From a virus, in IMG/VR virus record IMGVR_UViG_3300029319_000006, positions 82,763-146,762 of that record: 64,000 nucleotides of DNA. The stretch is one strand, 5' to 3'. The notes under the pieces are model-generated. The model ran no database searches and was not told where the DNA came from. It worked only from the letters and a program-made list of their open reading frames with translations. Shown here piece by piece: positions 9,928 through 20,891 of this stretch. Positions within the stretch are counted from its first letter, which is position 1, and each line of letters begins with the position of its first letter. A program made the position numbers and the translations under genes.

Positions 9928-11933
9928 TAATTTGCAGCATCAGTTGTTACAGGAGTTGTTACAGACAAAGTTGGATCAAATACAAATCTATCATTTCTTA
10001 CAGGAGCTAGCACACTTTGGTTAGCTGGAACTACAGACAATTTCAATTGAGTTTCACCACCTGATAATGCAGTTGGATTAAAAAATTGTATTGTAACAGT
10101 TCCATCATTAGCATTGTAACTTCCAATGTTATCTGTTATTACAACACCTCCTGCAGCTGTAACTATTTGTAAAGTATTAGAATTTAATAAATTTTTGATT
10201 AAACATAGTTGACTATTAAAAGTAAATTCTGTAGATGTTACTATAAATGTATCATTATCTGGAACAGCAATAGAAGCAGGAAATTGTAAAGTTTGACTTA
10301 TCCTGTTGACAGCTAAAGATAATTTGTTTATATTAAATGTTGTGCTGTTACTAGACAAATTATTATTTTGCATGTAAGTAGCTGCATCATTATATGCTTT
10401 ATTTGTAACAAAAGAAACTATTTTATCCAATTGAGTTGTTGTAACAGTTCCTGGACTAGTTAATAAGGATTTAATTGTTGCAATTAAGTTTGGAACTGAT
10501 GGTGCAAATCTTTGTTGCATTCTAACATTAGCTCTTGATGATAAAATAGCTGTAGAAGATTCATCAATTAAAGATAACATATTTGATCTTCTAAATGATT
10601 GATCAAATTTACCTGTATTATTTGAAAAATAATTTGCTACAGTAGTATCCACATTTGCTTGTACAGCATTCACTGTAAGATCAGTTAACTTAGGATTAAA
10701 TTGAAAAAATGTATCTACTTCAACAAATGTTGTTACTGGATCTACAAATCTTAGATTAAATGATACTACAGCTAATTGTGCAGCTAAATCTAAAATTCCT
10801 AATTTAGTTGCTGATATAGTATCATCAGATACTGAATCTTCAAATAATATAGAAACATATACAGCTCCAAATTCTTGTAATGCATTATCTTGACCACCCC
10901 AAGATGTTATATCACTTATCAAACCTCCATAATTTTTAAGAATCATAGCTGAATAATCAGCTGCAGTCACCATTCTATTTTGAGTAGCATATTGAAATGG
11001 AGCATTTTGTCTCATAGATTCAATGCTTTCCTTATCTTTACCACCAGCAGAATTGATAAATGTTGTTACATTTAATGTAGCTGATATAGTACCAGAATTG
11101 AAAGTAGCTTGGGGAGTAAAAACACTAGCTCCATTTGCTGCAGCACCTTTAGTAGAAAGATACTGTAATTCAATTCTATTTCCTGCACTTGGAGCAATAC
11201 CAAAAGTAGAACCATCACCAAAAGATAGTTCAAAGAATCCATTTGGAGATTCTTTTAATATATAAACTGTTGAATTAGCACTTAGACTTGTTGCCTTAGT
11301 TATATTTTGAAAGGTTGTAGATTGTGTTGATGTAGTACTATCAAATACTTTTACTGTTACAGATTCAGAATTCAAAGTTGTATCTGGAATAATATAAACA
11401 GGATTATCTTCATATTCTCCAACTAAAAATGTTTTAGTTTTTAAAGTACCTTCAGATATTGGAATTCTATTCAAACCATCAGAAGTTTTGAATTCATAAA
11501 AACCACTACCATTATCTGTAGCTTCAAATGGTTCAATAGTTTGGAATACATAACTTATATCATCTACTGTCGTATTAAATTTAGTATATGCTGGTAAACT
11601 TACTTTAGATGCTCTTCCTGCAGCAGTTGAATTGAATGTAAGTCTTACCGTTCCTATAGAAGATGCATCTGTATCAGGAATATAACCTATACCCTCAGCT
11701 AAAGAAACCATAGAAGATCTTAATTGAGCTGTTGGTAAATAAGATTCATTCAATGCAAAGTTTGCTATAAGACCATTTATGTGAGTATTATATGCCAGAA
11801 CATCTAAAATATTATTTAATCCTGAAGCCTCAAAATTATAATCTTTAAACTCTTCTTTATTTTCAAAGAAAGTTTTTAAATTACTTTTTATATTATTAAA
11901 GTCTAACGCTGTTGATCTTATTGTTGTCGCCAT
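9927..11933 (-). CDS. gp6: Baseplate wedge subunit gp6
   Basis: LDFNNIKSNLK...DYNFEASGL...LDVLAYNTH...NESYL.TAQLRSS; QNRMVTAADY. Confidence 0.95.
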   Translation of the reverse strand: MATTIRSTALDFNNIKSNLKTFFENKEEFKDYNFEASGLNNILDVLAYNTHINGLIANFALNESYLPTAQLRSSMVSLAEGIGYIPDTDASSIGTVRLTFNSTAAGRASKVSLPAYTKFNTTVDDISYVFQTIEPFEATDNGSGFYEFKTSDGLNRIPISEGTLKTKTFLVGEYEDNPVYIIPDTTLNSESVTVKVFDSTTSTQSTTFQNITKATSLSANSTVYILKESPNGFFELSFGDGSTFGIAPSAGNRIELQYLSTKGAAANGASVFTPQATFNSGTISATLNVTTFINSAGGKDKESIESMRQNAPFQYATQNRMVTAADYSAMILKNYGGLISDITSWGGQDNALQEFGAVYVSILFEDSVSDDTISATKLGILDLAAQLAVVSFNLRFVDPVTTFVEVDTFFQFNPKLTDLTVNAVQANVDTTVANYFSNNTGKFDQSFRRSNMLSLIDESSTAILSSRANVRMQQRFAPSVPNLIATIKSLLTSPGTVTTTQLDKIVSFVTNKAYNDAATYMQNNNLSSNSTTFNINKLSLAVNRISQTLQFPASIAVPDNDTFIVTSTEFTFNSQLCLIKNLLNSNTLQIVTAAGGVVITDNIGSYNANDGTVTIQFFNPTALSGGETQLKLSVVPANQSVLAPVRNDRFVFDPTLSVTTPVTTDAAN

Positions 11934-11937
11934 TTTT

Positions 11938-12384
11938 CTATCTCAACCTTGTAACTGTAGTAGTAAATGTGATAAATTCGGAAGTATTCACAACTTGATA
12001 TTCTATAGTCACACTTAGATCATTTCTTTCCGCATTTATATTTGTTTCTAATCTCAGCAATTTAGCTCTTGGCTCGTATGTATTACATGCTGATATTATT
12101 TGTTCTTTTAATTCTTCTTCTGAATCATCATCCGCTAATTCAAATAACATTGCTCTAATATTAGCACCAAAAAAAGGTTGGAATGGTTTTTCAAAAAAAT
12201 TAGTTTGTATCAAATTTTTTAATGCTTGCGTAACAGCTGCAGCATCATTTTTTTTAAAAAGTTCACCATTAGGTTTGGCAGTAAAAGATAAATCTACATC
12301 TCTGTATTGACGAGTTCTACTAGTAACAATAGTACTAGTATTTTGCTTACCATCCTGGGTAGAAAAAACTCTAGTTGTTGCCAT
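11938..12384 (-). CDS. gp25: Baseplate wedge subunit gp25
   Basis: YRDVDLSF, NLIQTN..EKPFQP.FG.NIR.MLFE, YEPR. Confidence 0.95.
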   Translation of the reverse strand: MATTRVFSTQDGKQNTSTIVTSRTRQYRDVDLSFTAKPNGELFKKNDAAAVTQALKNLIQTNFFEKPFQPFFGANIRAMLFELADDDSEEELKEQIISACNTYEPRAKLLRLETNINAERNDLSVTIEYQVVNTSEFITFTTTVTRLR

Positions 12385-12406
12385 GTTTAACCTCTTTAAC
12401 CATTAT

Positions 12407-14902
12407 TTATGGCTCTTTGTCCCCAACATTAAATCCTTTTTCTTTAAGAACAAAATATGCCCAAGGATAATAATATAAACTACTTCTTGACAGATTATCT
12501 CCCCAACAAGCCTTGCCTGTTGTTCTTATATCAAAATGAATTAACTCTCCACCTTTACTTCTACCAAAAAATGCAGCTCCTTTATTTGTGTATATTCCTA
12601 TACCAGTCAATCCTTCATCACAAGCAATTCTCAATAGTTGTGCTCTTTGTTGATTATTTAAACCATATACAGAAATATCAACAGCATTTCCAAGTGTATG
12701 TTGACTTGTTAATCCTGCACCTTTACTTTTTGTTTTAGGATTCTTTGGATTTCTAAATCCACTTACAACAGTTAGTTTTTTTCCAAATTTTATAGAAACT
12801 CTTTCCAATTTTTGAATCAAAATAGGATCTACTCTTCTAGCTGCTTCAGGTATACTCCAAATTAAATTATTTGAAGTTCCTGCAACAGGATATGTTATAT
12901 TAGGAATAGGAGATAATGGTTCTCTTAACATACATTCTACTAATTCACCCTGTGATAGTTTATGACCATTATATTCTGTTGATACTTCTCTGTTAAAAGT
13001 TCCTGTATAATCAGATCCTAATTTAGGCATTGTAATTATTAATCTAGCAGTTATTACAGGCCTTCTTGCAAGATCACAATCTAAACTATCATAAGATAAA
13101 ATTAACTGTTCAAAATAAGCATTATCTTTTAAGTAAGCAGCTATGTCAAATAATCTTTCACTTGATTCAAAACCATTTGCATCTATTGCTCTATAAACTA
13201 CAGCTCTACCTTGTGATTTCAAATCATTTATACTATTTTTCTCAATTGTTTCTGTAGGACCAGGTTTATATAATCCTTCAGTGGCTTCTAATGACACACC
13301 AGCAAACTCTTTTTGATTTCTTTTAATTTTATCAAATATAATAGTTTGTAAATATAATGCAGCAGCTATTTCTTTTCTTTTTTGCAAATCTTTTATATGC
13401 AACATATTAGTAGGATCTTCTGTACCTAAAAATTTAGATATAGACATTCCATTAGCTATTTTTGTTGCAATAGTAATATCTGCTTTTGTAAATGGATTAA
13501 ATTTAGGATCTGGAGGAAAAGAAGATAAAACATATCTAGGTATATGAACAGCTGCATGATCAGGATGAATTGGATCAGTAGCAGATCCTGATAAAAGAGT
13601 AGATGATTCTCCATCTAAAACTCTTCCTACTGCAGGAGGTACAGCATCATTATATGTTCTACAAATAGTATCTTCTTCTAATAAACTTTGAATAAATTGT
13701 CTATTGTTTCTATTACTTGAAGCTCTTAACTTGGATCTAGCTGCTTCTACTGTAAGATCAATATTAGATATTCCATTATATCTAACAGTTTTATCCAAAT
13801 TATCTTTTATAAAGTTACCATCATCAATAGCTACATTTCTTATTCCACCTTGAGATTTACTAACAAAATTTGCAACTGTATTAGATGCATTATCTGGATT
13901 TACAAAGGTATCCATTGCAGTATTAGTAGCTGTATATCCAGCAGCAGAACCCTGAGTATTTTCAGCATAGCCTTGGGAATTAGTTTCATCAGCAGTAATT
14001 GCTTGTAAAGCTGTTCCTTGTAAATCACCATGAAATGTTGGAGCAGTAACTGCTGTTTTAACATCTATATTGTTACCTGAGAAGTTTACTCCTTCTCCAC
14101 CTATTATACTTCCACTTCCTCCTTGTATTGTCATATTGTTTGCTGATAAACTTATATTATCTGAAGTAGTATTAATATGTGTTTTTGCAGTAACATTCAT
14201 TTTACCACCAGAAAACATTGATAAGTTTTGTCCTATATTATTTTCTAAGTCTCCTTTTACATTATGTTGATGATTTCCTAATATAACATCAGTTTGTTTT
14301 TCTGTAACATAATTAGTTAGATTACCAATAACTCTATTAATTGATCCTTTAGAAACTGTTTTAAATTCAGAACCAAAAATGTTTTCTGTTTTATTACCTC
14401 TAGTAGTTATATTGAAATCAAGACAATCAATATTAAACTCACCTTTAACTTTCATTGTCACATTACCGTTGTAAACTACGTTAGCATCTCCTTCTACAAC
14501 TAATACTTGATCACCACCAGTAATATCAACTTTATTACCAATTGAGTTTATACTAACTCCTCCATCTGGTCTAAGTTCTACTCCTGCTCCTGAATTGTGA
14601 TAAATTAAAATTCTTTCATTACCTGGTGTATCATCAATTTCAAAACTATGGCCAGTAATTGATTTTTGAATTCTATTTAATCCATATGTTGAGTTTATAA
14701 ACTCATCTGCAAGTGCTTCTTTAGCTTGTGTAGATCCAGAAGCTAATTTTAAATCATTTCTATCTTCACCTCTTGCTTCTTTGTTAGCATTACTAGTGTA
14801 CATGTATTCTGGAACAGGATGTTGACCAGTAACATCTTCTGGTAAATTATTAGTTGTTGTTCTGCCTAAATTTTCAAGCTCTTTATCATTAAAATCAGAC
14901 AT
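12407..14902 (-). CDS. gp5-like hub protein, C-terminal part: beta-helix repeats plus C-terminal peptidase M15-type domain
   Basis: GHSFEIDDTPGNERI.IYH.SG (gp5 motif); V.GD/V.GN repeats; C-terminal SGFR...SQH..G.AVD...GIGIY...IHFD. Confidence 0.85.
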   Translation of the reverse strand: MSDFNDKELENLGRTTTNNLPEDVTGQHPVPEYMYTSNANKEARGEDRNDLKLASGSTQAKEALADEFINSTYGLNRIQKSITGHSFEIDDTPGNERILIYHNSGAGVELRPDGGVSINSIGNKVDITGGDQVLVVEGDANVVYNGNVTMKVKGEFNIDCLDFNITTRGNKTENIFGSEFKTVSKGSINRVIGNLTNYVTEKQTDVILGNHQHNVKGDLENNIGQNLSMFSGGKMNVTAKTHINTTSDNISLSANNMTIQGGSGSIIGGEGVNFSGNNIDVKTAVTAPTFHGDLQGTALQAITADETNSQGYAENTQGSAAGYTATNTAMDTFVNPDNASNTVANFVSKSQGGIRNVAIDDGNFIKDNLDKTVRYNGISNIDLTVEAARSKLRASSNRNNRQFIQSLLEEDTICRTYNDAVPPAVGRVLDGESSTLLSGSATDPIHPDHAAVHIPRYVLSSFPPDPKFNPFTKADITIATKIANGMSISKFLGTEDPTNMLHIKDLQKRKEIAAALYLQTIIFDKIKRNQKEFAGVSLEATEGLYKPGPTETIEKNSINDLKSQGRAVVYRAIDANGFESSERLFDIAAYLKDNAYFEQLILSYDSLDCDLARRPVITARLIITMPKLGSDYTGTFNREVSTEYNGHKLSQGELVECMLREPLSPIPNITYPVAGTSNNLIWSIPEAARRVDPILIQKLERVSIKFGKKLTVVSGFRNPKNPKTKSKGAGLTSQHTLGNAVDISVYGLNNQQRAQLLRIACDEGLTGIGIYTNKGAAFFGRSKGGELIHFDIRTTGKACWGDNLSRSSLYYYPWAYFVLKEKGFNVGDKEP

Positions 14903-16396
14903 TTATTTCTCCAACGTTGCTAATGTTTCTTGATCTAATGGATCAGAAGTTTTAGGATCATAGTCTTCTGAATTAGGCCTCTTCAAACGACTTTTTAGTA
15001 ATACTTGAATATCTAATGCTTCAGTATTTACATCATAAACCCATCCAACATCTTTTGCACTAAAAATTTGTATTCCAGGTTTTGCTGTAATTATTTGTTC
15101 TAACAATTCTACTAAGTTATCAACTTGTCCAGGTTTTATTTTATTATCTTGAGATGTTTCATCTACATTGATTCCAATAATTATTGATTTCTCAAAATGA
15201 TTATTTGTAATACATCTAGTGTTTTTTGATTCAATTTCTAATGGTCTTCCTCTATAAGTTATAGAATCATACCCAATATAAAAATGTTGATTGATACCAT
15301 GATTATAAGCATCAACATACAATTGATGATATTCTTCAACAGTTGTATCTTTTTTAGGAAGAAACATTACAATTACTTCTTTTATATCTCTTTCTAAATT
15401 TAACACTTCAGGAGTTATTTCATTTCCTATAATAGGTTTTAACACTTTACCATCTAATAAAGTATTTTCTTCTCTCCATAAATTTTTAAATATATCTGTT
15501 CTTTGTATTTCTAAATCTAATGGTGAAATATCAGGATTAAGTAAATTATTACTGGCTTTGTTGTTTATTTGTTTTACTAAATCAGATAATTCAAGCAATG
15601 TTTTATCAGAATATTCTGTTAATATAAGAGCAGCTTTATCATATCTTTCATTATTAGCAAACTGAACTACTTTTTGTAAATCTTCTTCAGTGATATTTTT
15701 TGCAATACCATCCTTGTATAAAGCAGGAGATAAAATACTTTCTGCAGATCTAAATGTTTTTTCTACTAAGTTTTCAATTGTAGATCCAAATCCACTTTGT
15801 GATTTTTTTAGTAGTTGAGATGAAGAGTTTAAAATGTTGGCAACAGCTTTATTAGCTACCTTACTTTGAGATGATATAGTTTTATATGCATTATCAATAA
15901 CACTTTGAATATTTGGATCATCATGTTCATCTAAATCAATTAATCTTCTAACAGCAGTTTCAATTTCAACCTTTTCAATATTTTCAACATTATTCTTTAG
16001 AGCAGTTGATAGAGCTTCAGGATAAGGAGCAGATATTACTACATCTAAAAAACCATTTTGGGAATTTTCTGATACTCCTGTTATAGCTGTATAATTAGTT
16101 ATTTCATCACTAGTGAGAGTTTTTATTGTTTTATTACTAGCTGATTTATCTAATTGCATTATACTCAAATCTTCAACTTGAGAAGGTTTAGATTCTTTAA
16201 CTCCATCTACAACATTTTGAGAAGCATTTACTACAGTCTTGAATCCTCCTTTTATCTCACCATCTTCTGTAAATAAATGAGACTTTGCAACATCAAAGTT
16301 TTTTACAACAGTATCAACTTCAACAGCTCTTGTTTCATCATTTAGAGAAGAATTAAGTTCATTTACTTTATCTTGGAATTTTTCTCTGTTACTCAT
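14903..16396 (-). CDS. Hub-associated protein with C-terminal degenerate amidase_2 (T7 lysozyme/PGRP-like) domain
   Basis: QHFYI..D...Y.GRPLE...SI.IG...Q...L..LL..I....PG..IF..KDV aligns by eye with amidase_2, but Zn ligands appear to be missing. Confidence 0.55.
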   Translation of the reverse strand: MSNREKFQDKVNELNSSLNDETRAVEVDTVVKNFDVAKSHLFTEDGEIKGGFKTVVNASQNVVDGVKESKPSQVEDLSIMQLDKSASNKTIKTLTSDEITNYTAITGVSENSQNGFLDVVISAPYPEALSTALKNNVENIEKVEIETAVRRLIDLDEHDDPNIQSVIDNAYKTISSQSKVANKAVANILNSSSQLLKKSQSGFGSTIENLVEKTFRSAESILSPALYKDGIAKNITEEDLQKVVQFANNERYDKAALILTEYSDKTLLELSDLVKQINNKASNNLLNPDISPLDLEIQRTDIFKNLWREENTLLDGKVLKPIIGNEITPEVLNLERDIKEVIVMFLPKKDTTVEEYHQLYVDAYNHGINQHFYIGYDSITYRGRPLEIESKNTRCITNNHFEKSIIIGINVDETSQDNKIKPGQVDNLVELLEQIITAKPGIQIFSAKDVGWVYDVNTEALDIQVLLKSRLKRPNSEDYDPKTSDPLDQETLATLEK

Positions 16397-16397
16397 A

Positions 16398-17342
16398 TTA
16401 TCCTACTACAAATTGTTGTGAAGATTTGTAATTTGCTGTTACCTTCAATGATTCATAATATCCATCAAAGGCTTGTTTAGCATTTTGTTGTCTCTCATTC
16501 AATTCATTATCTGAATAAGCAGCTACTTCATATTTTCTTAAAAAATACCATGTAGCATTAGATTCTCCTGGACCTTGATCAAAGTTAGTAGTTTTAAATG
16601 GATCAGATAAATGATTCCAAACTTTATGAGCTGGATTTGTTTTCATATCTATTATTAAAAATTCTAACTGAGTAAAGAAGTCTTCCCAAGGCTTGTTTCT
16701 AGTTTCAGCAAACGACACTAATTGCTGATATCTTCCAACATTAGCATTCCATTGTGCTAATCCAAAAGAGTTTTCTATTGAACTTCTATTTTCTGCAGTT
16801 GGATCCAGAAGTGATTCTTTCATAAGGTTGCCTGTTATACCAGCTGCAGCTCTTGTAGATAATCCAGCTTTAACTAGATACTGCATTATAATAATCATTT
16901 TTGTATTAAAATCACTGTCACCATTATTATATAATGTTTCTAGTTTTTTGTCAAGTATTATACCTTGAGTAACATATTGAGAAGTTAATGGTTGCCCTGG
17001 ATTTGTTTTATCAATTCTATCTCTTTGTACACTAGAAGGAATTCCTTGATGTCCTAAACTTCCTAATATTAAAGGTTTTTGTGAAGCAGATCCATCTAAG
17101 AAAATTCCAAACACAAAAGCACCTTCTAACAATTGAGGAATAAGTCCAATACCAGATACTCCTCCTTCAGTAGTAGGAATCATACACTTTGCATAAGGTA
17201 AATCTTTATCAGGAACATCTGGAGAATGTAAACCGATTACTCTTATTTGTACTCTATCAAATAAACCATCTTTTGAAGAACCAGTAACACTTCTAACAAC
17301 TCTAGCAAGAAACCATCTATTATTATCACCATAATAATTCAT
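16398..17342 (-). CDS. gp5 N-terminal OB-fold fused to phage tail lysozyme domain
   Basis: WF..RV...RVQIRVIGLH...DLP.A...FVFGIFLDG..SQ.PLILG; AAAGITGNLMKES..DP.A...FGLAQW. Confidence 0.85.
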   Translation of the reverse strand: MNYYGDNNRWFLARVVRSVTGSSKDGLFDRVQIRVIGLHSPDVPDKDLPYAKCMIPTTEGGVSGIGLIPQLLEGAFVFGIFLDGSASQKPLILGSLGHQGIPSSVQRDRIDKTNPGQPLTSQYVTQGIILDKKLETLYNNGDSDFNTKMIIIMQYLVKAGLSTRAAAGITGNLMKESLLDPTAENRSSIENSFGLAQWNANVGRYQQLVSFAETRNKPWEDFFTQLEFLIIDMKTNPAHKVWNHLSDPFKTTNFDQGPGESNATWYFLRKYEVAAYSDNELNERQQNAKQAFDGYYESLKVTANYKSSQQFVVG

Positions 17343-18715
17343 GTTGTTAATGGCCTTTCTGCTATTCTACCAATACTAGCTACCACATTATGTCTACTTC
17401 TTGGTATATCTATTATGTGACGTTTAGCTGTCATAATATAATTTCCTGACCTTTTCTCATCATCTAATTTAAAGTTTTCAGGATCAGAATTTAACATTTC
17501 TAATTCTATTTGATGTCCTACACTTACATTAATATTATTCAATGAAAATAATAAACCAGGAACAGTAATAGTATGTGGATTTCTAAACAGATATTTTATA
17601 AAATTATTTTTTATTATTGTTAATCTTTTTGATATTTCTCCTCCATAGTATCCTTCTAAACTAGATTCAGTAAAAGCATTCATGGAAAATGTAAAATATT
17701 TTCTACTAGTATATTCTTCTAATGGATCTGTCTTTAATCCATCTGGATCTGTTGATTCTCTAAATCTAGTATCAATTGGAATAACATTTTGATCTGCAGG
17801 AAGAATACCAATTGCTGCAAGTTTTTCATATTCTTCTTTCATGTTTATTTGAGCATTCATAAACTCACCAGTGTTAACATCAAGATGAGAATAATTAGAA
17901 CCTATGGCTCCAAGTTTTGCCATATCTAAAGTTCTTTCTAATCTACCAGAAGAATAATCACTTACTATTAATGCTTTTTCTTCTGGTGTTAAATCACCAG
18001 TTCCTCCGGCTAATGGTGTAGCTCCAACAGAATATATAAATGGTTTACCTTTATTAAATGGATCTCTTTCTAAAATACTTTCTAAATCAGTAAGTATTCT
18101 TTCTTTATATCCCAAACTACTAAATAAAAAATATGGAAGACCATTTTCAGTATGCATTTTGTTTACTATATTAGAAGCAGCTTCTAATGGTGTCATCCAA
18201 GGAACAATGTATCTTATTTCTGCTCCTTCTGGTTCTTTACAATAATCAGGAACAAGACTTAAATTTAAATTTTCTGCTAATATTTTGGATACAACTTCTT
18301 TAGATGTTCCAGTGTATGATTTACTGATAGGTCTAAGATAACTAAAGTAAGCACAATTTTCTAATATATCTAATTCTAACAGAGAAGTTGTATCATTAAC
18401 TTTTACAGTTCTTCTTATACTTGTAATCATAAATGTTTTTTCAATTAATCCTTCTTGACTTGCAGGATTTTTCAATACAATTTTTACTCTTTCTGTACCA
18501 GACATTTGAGTAATTCTATACAAATCATTATCATCAGCTATAACTAATTTACCAGTTAGGTAAGGTATCATTATATTTTCAAATATATTAAGTTCTACAG
18601 CAGTAGGAGCAGCTGTTTCTTGACCAGCTATATGTAATTTAAGATTGTCTCTAAATCTTTCTGATGAAATTGATATTTCTACAATTTCAATTTGTTCAGC
18701 TGATAATAGTTGCAT
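17339..18715 (-). CDS. Baseplate hub protein, gp27-like
   Basis: LNIFENI..PYLTG.L.I.D, SG.ERV.I, SGNYIMT..RH; position between gp53 and gp5. Confidence 0.7.
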   Translation of the reverse strand: MQLLSAEQIEIVEISISSERFRDNLKLHIAGQETAAPTAVELNIFENIMIPYLTGKLVIADDNDLYRITQMSGTERVKIVLKNPASQEGLIEKTFMITSIRRTVKVNDTTSLLELDILENCAYFSYLRPISKSYTGTSKEVVSKILAENLNLSLVPDYCKEPEGAEIRYIVPWMTPLEAASNIVNKMHTENGLPYFLFSSLGYKERILTDLESILERDPFNKGKPFIYSVGATPLAGGTGDLTPEEKALIVSDYSSGRLERTLDMAKLGAIGSNYSHLDVNTGEFMNAQINMKEEYEKLAAIGILPADQNVIPIDTRFRESTDPDGLKTDPLEEYTSRKYFTFSMNAFTESSLEGYYGGEISKRLTIIKNNFIKYLFRNPHTITVPGLLFSLNNINVSVGHQIELEMLNSDPENFKLDDEKRSGNYIMTAKRHIIDIPRSRHNVVASIGRIAERPLTT

Positions 18716-18718
18716 ATT

Positions 18719-19753
18719 TTATTGTCTCAAAAGTCTTTGAAATTCAGAATGAATTTGACTTACTACTTCTGGTGTGAATATTTTTATTAATCTTAGATCG
18801 TTATTTTGATTTGTTAATCTATCTATATTTCTTATTTTAGTTAATCCGCTTGTTCCAGATGTTTCATTATCTACACCTCTTCCTGTATCAGTTAAGATAG
18901 GAAGATCTGCATAATTACCATCTGTATCTTCATAATGATGAATTGCTTGGTCTTGATCACTAGTTGATAATATTCTTAAAATAGATGTACTTGCTCCAGA
19001 CCATTGAGTTGTATCAGACACACCTCTTACAGAAAACAAATCAACATTATCAGCAATTGTATTAGATGATAATACAGCAGTAGCTGTTGCTTGATTACCT
19101 GATGGATCTGTTGGACTTGAAATAGTAACTGTAGGAGCACTTACATAATTATCTCCTCCTTCTGTTACAGTAATAGAAGTAATATTTCCTGATGCATTAA
19201 TAACAGCTGCAGCCTTAGCTCCACTACCTGAACCACCAGAGAATGTAATAGTAGGTAAAGAAGTATATCCAGAACCACCTGAATTCAATGTTATAGATCT
19301 AACTTCTAAAATTGGTTTAACAATTATCTGTCCTAAATCTAAATCTTTAGATAAAATTTTTGCTTTGAATGGTGGATTAGAAAAAGGTTCTCTAGCAACA
19401 ATATCTCCAACATAAAATTTACCATGTAAAGATCTATTAGTTGATAATACTGTATTAGGATAATATTTTTTGGATAAAGTAAAAATTTCACTTTCCGATA
19501 ATGGCCATCCTTGTTGTCTTAGTTTATCATTCAGTAAATAAAATGTCCAATAATAATCTTGAGTACCATATAATTGATAAGATAGGTTATCTGGTCTTTC
19601 ATTATCTTTTATGTGATACAGTTCATAAAATGATAAATCATCTTTAAATTGATCTACAATATCTACATAAGCTGTTAAATTTTGAAATGCAGCTGAATTT
19701 ATCTCATCTCCAAAATTATAACTTACAAATGGAAAATTTTTAAAAAAGGACAT
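18719..19753 (-). CDS. gp53: Baseplate wedge subunit gp53, with inserted GGSGY beta repeats
   Basis: FF.NFP.V.Y, Y.IKDNERPD.LS..LYG..DYYW.F.L.N, N..LR.IKI. Confidence 0.9.
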   Translation of the reverse strand: MSFFKNFPFVSYNFGDEINSAAFQNLTAYVDIVDQFKDDLSFYELYHIKDNERPDNLSYQLYGTQDYYWTFYLLNDKLRQQGWPLSESEIFTLSKKYYPNTVLSTNRSLHGKFYVGDIVAREPFSNPPFKAKILSKDLDLGQIIVKPILEVRSITLNSGGSGYTSLPTITFSGGSGSGAKAAAVINASGNITSITVTEGGDNYVSAPTVTISSPTDPSGNQATATAVLSSNTIADNVDLFSVRGVSDTTQWSGASTSILRILSTSDQDQAIHHYEDTDGNYADLPILTDTGRGVDNETSGTSGLTKIRNIDRLTNQNNDLRLIKIFTPEVVSQIHSEFQRLLRQ

Positions 19754-20880
19754 TAATAACCTCCAGTAGCTACTTCACGTTTAGTGAGAGTTCTTACTTC
19801 TGTAAATTGAAGACTTAAATCTGTTTCTTGAACTTCACCATCTGTATGAAATGACATGCCTGTTGGATTATAGTTTACATCAACGGCAGATAAGTGACAA
19901 GGTAAAATTCCTGTAGCAACATTTTTTACCTTTCCTAAATTAGTTTTGTATAATAACTTAATATGAAATTCAGATGGATATCTTAATGCTGCAGATACAC
20001 CAAAATTATTAGTTTGTTCAGGATACATTTCTTCTCTAAAAAATTGTATTATACTTTTTACAGATCTAGCTTCGTCTGGAGAAGTAGGAATCATTTTAAA
20101 CGTAAACCTAAATGATCTTAAATTAGGTCCTTGTAACATAGATCTACGATTAGGGTTTACAGCTATTCCTGTTGTAGTACTTACTGCACCTGATACTTCA
20201 CTACTTACTCTTCTTGATAATCTTAACAATGCAATTTGTGCAGCTTCAGTTTGTGCACCTTTTCTTAACAATTCTGGTAATGCTTCAAAAGATTCTGTAA
20301 TAGTACCATATGCATTAGATAACATTTGCATTCCAGTTTGATTACTCTGTAATCCTTGTTCTATTGCATTACCCAATATTCCTAAATCTATATTAGTGTA
20401 AGATACTGTATCCTGAAACTGTAATGCATTAGGAAGATATAATCTACAAGTTCTTCCTTTACCAATGTATTCAGGTAGTGGAGGTCTATCATCTCTTTTT
20501 GCATCTTGTATTTGTTTAGGAGTAGGTTGAATTGGTTTAATATCAACTTCCTTATTACCTGGTCCTACAGTATTATAATTATCTGAATTATTATCTTTTT
20601 TAATACCTAATAGATCAAAACCACCAGCACCTTTACTAATATCTGTTACTAACGAATCAGCAAATGCACCTAACGGTTTAGGTGTTTTTTGTTTAGCAGT
20701 AAATGTGATATATCCTCCATAATCTTGTACGTTTTCCAATGGAAATCTAAGTTGTTGAGGTGCTGTATCATTTACATTACCAGTACCTGGATTAATTCTA
20801 GCAGTTAATCCACTTGCAACTGTATCGAATACATTTGATAACGGATTTGCTTTTGCAAATAGATTTGTGATATCTACCAT
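19753..20880 (-). CDS. gp48: Baseplate tail tube cap gp48
   Basis: LYLPNAL, NP...M..GP.LRSF.F.FKM.P.S..EA, YP.EF.I, DL.LQF.E..LT. Confidence 0.85.
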   Translation of the reverse strand: MVDITNLFAKANPLSNVFDTVASGLTARINPGTGNVNDTAPQQLRFPLENVQDYGGYITFTAKQKTPKPLGAFADSLVTDISKGAGGFDLLGIKKDNNSDNYNTVGPGNKEVDIKPIQPTPKQIQDAKRDDRPPLPEYIGKGRTCRLYLPNALQFQDTVSYTNIDLGILGNAIEQGLQSNQTGMQMLSNAYGTITESFEALPELLRKGAQTEAAQIALLRLSRRVSSEVSGAVSTTTGIAVNPNRRSMLQGPNLRSFRFTFKMIPTSPDEARSVKSIIQFFREEMYPEQTNNFGVSAALRYPSEFHIKLLYKTNLGKVKNVATGILPCHLSAVDVNYNPTGMSFHTDGEVQETDLSLQFTEVRTLTKREVATGGY

Positions 20881-20891
20881 TTAATTCTCCA

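Noticed and set aside
2207-14905. Stop-codon readthrough or alternative genetic code at in-frame TAA-ATG junctions (2212/2209, 14905/14902)
   Set aside because: The stops are TAA, downstream ORFs have their own ATG, and conserved genes ending in TAG/TGA have normal lengths under code 11.
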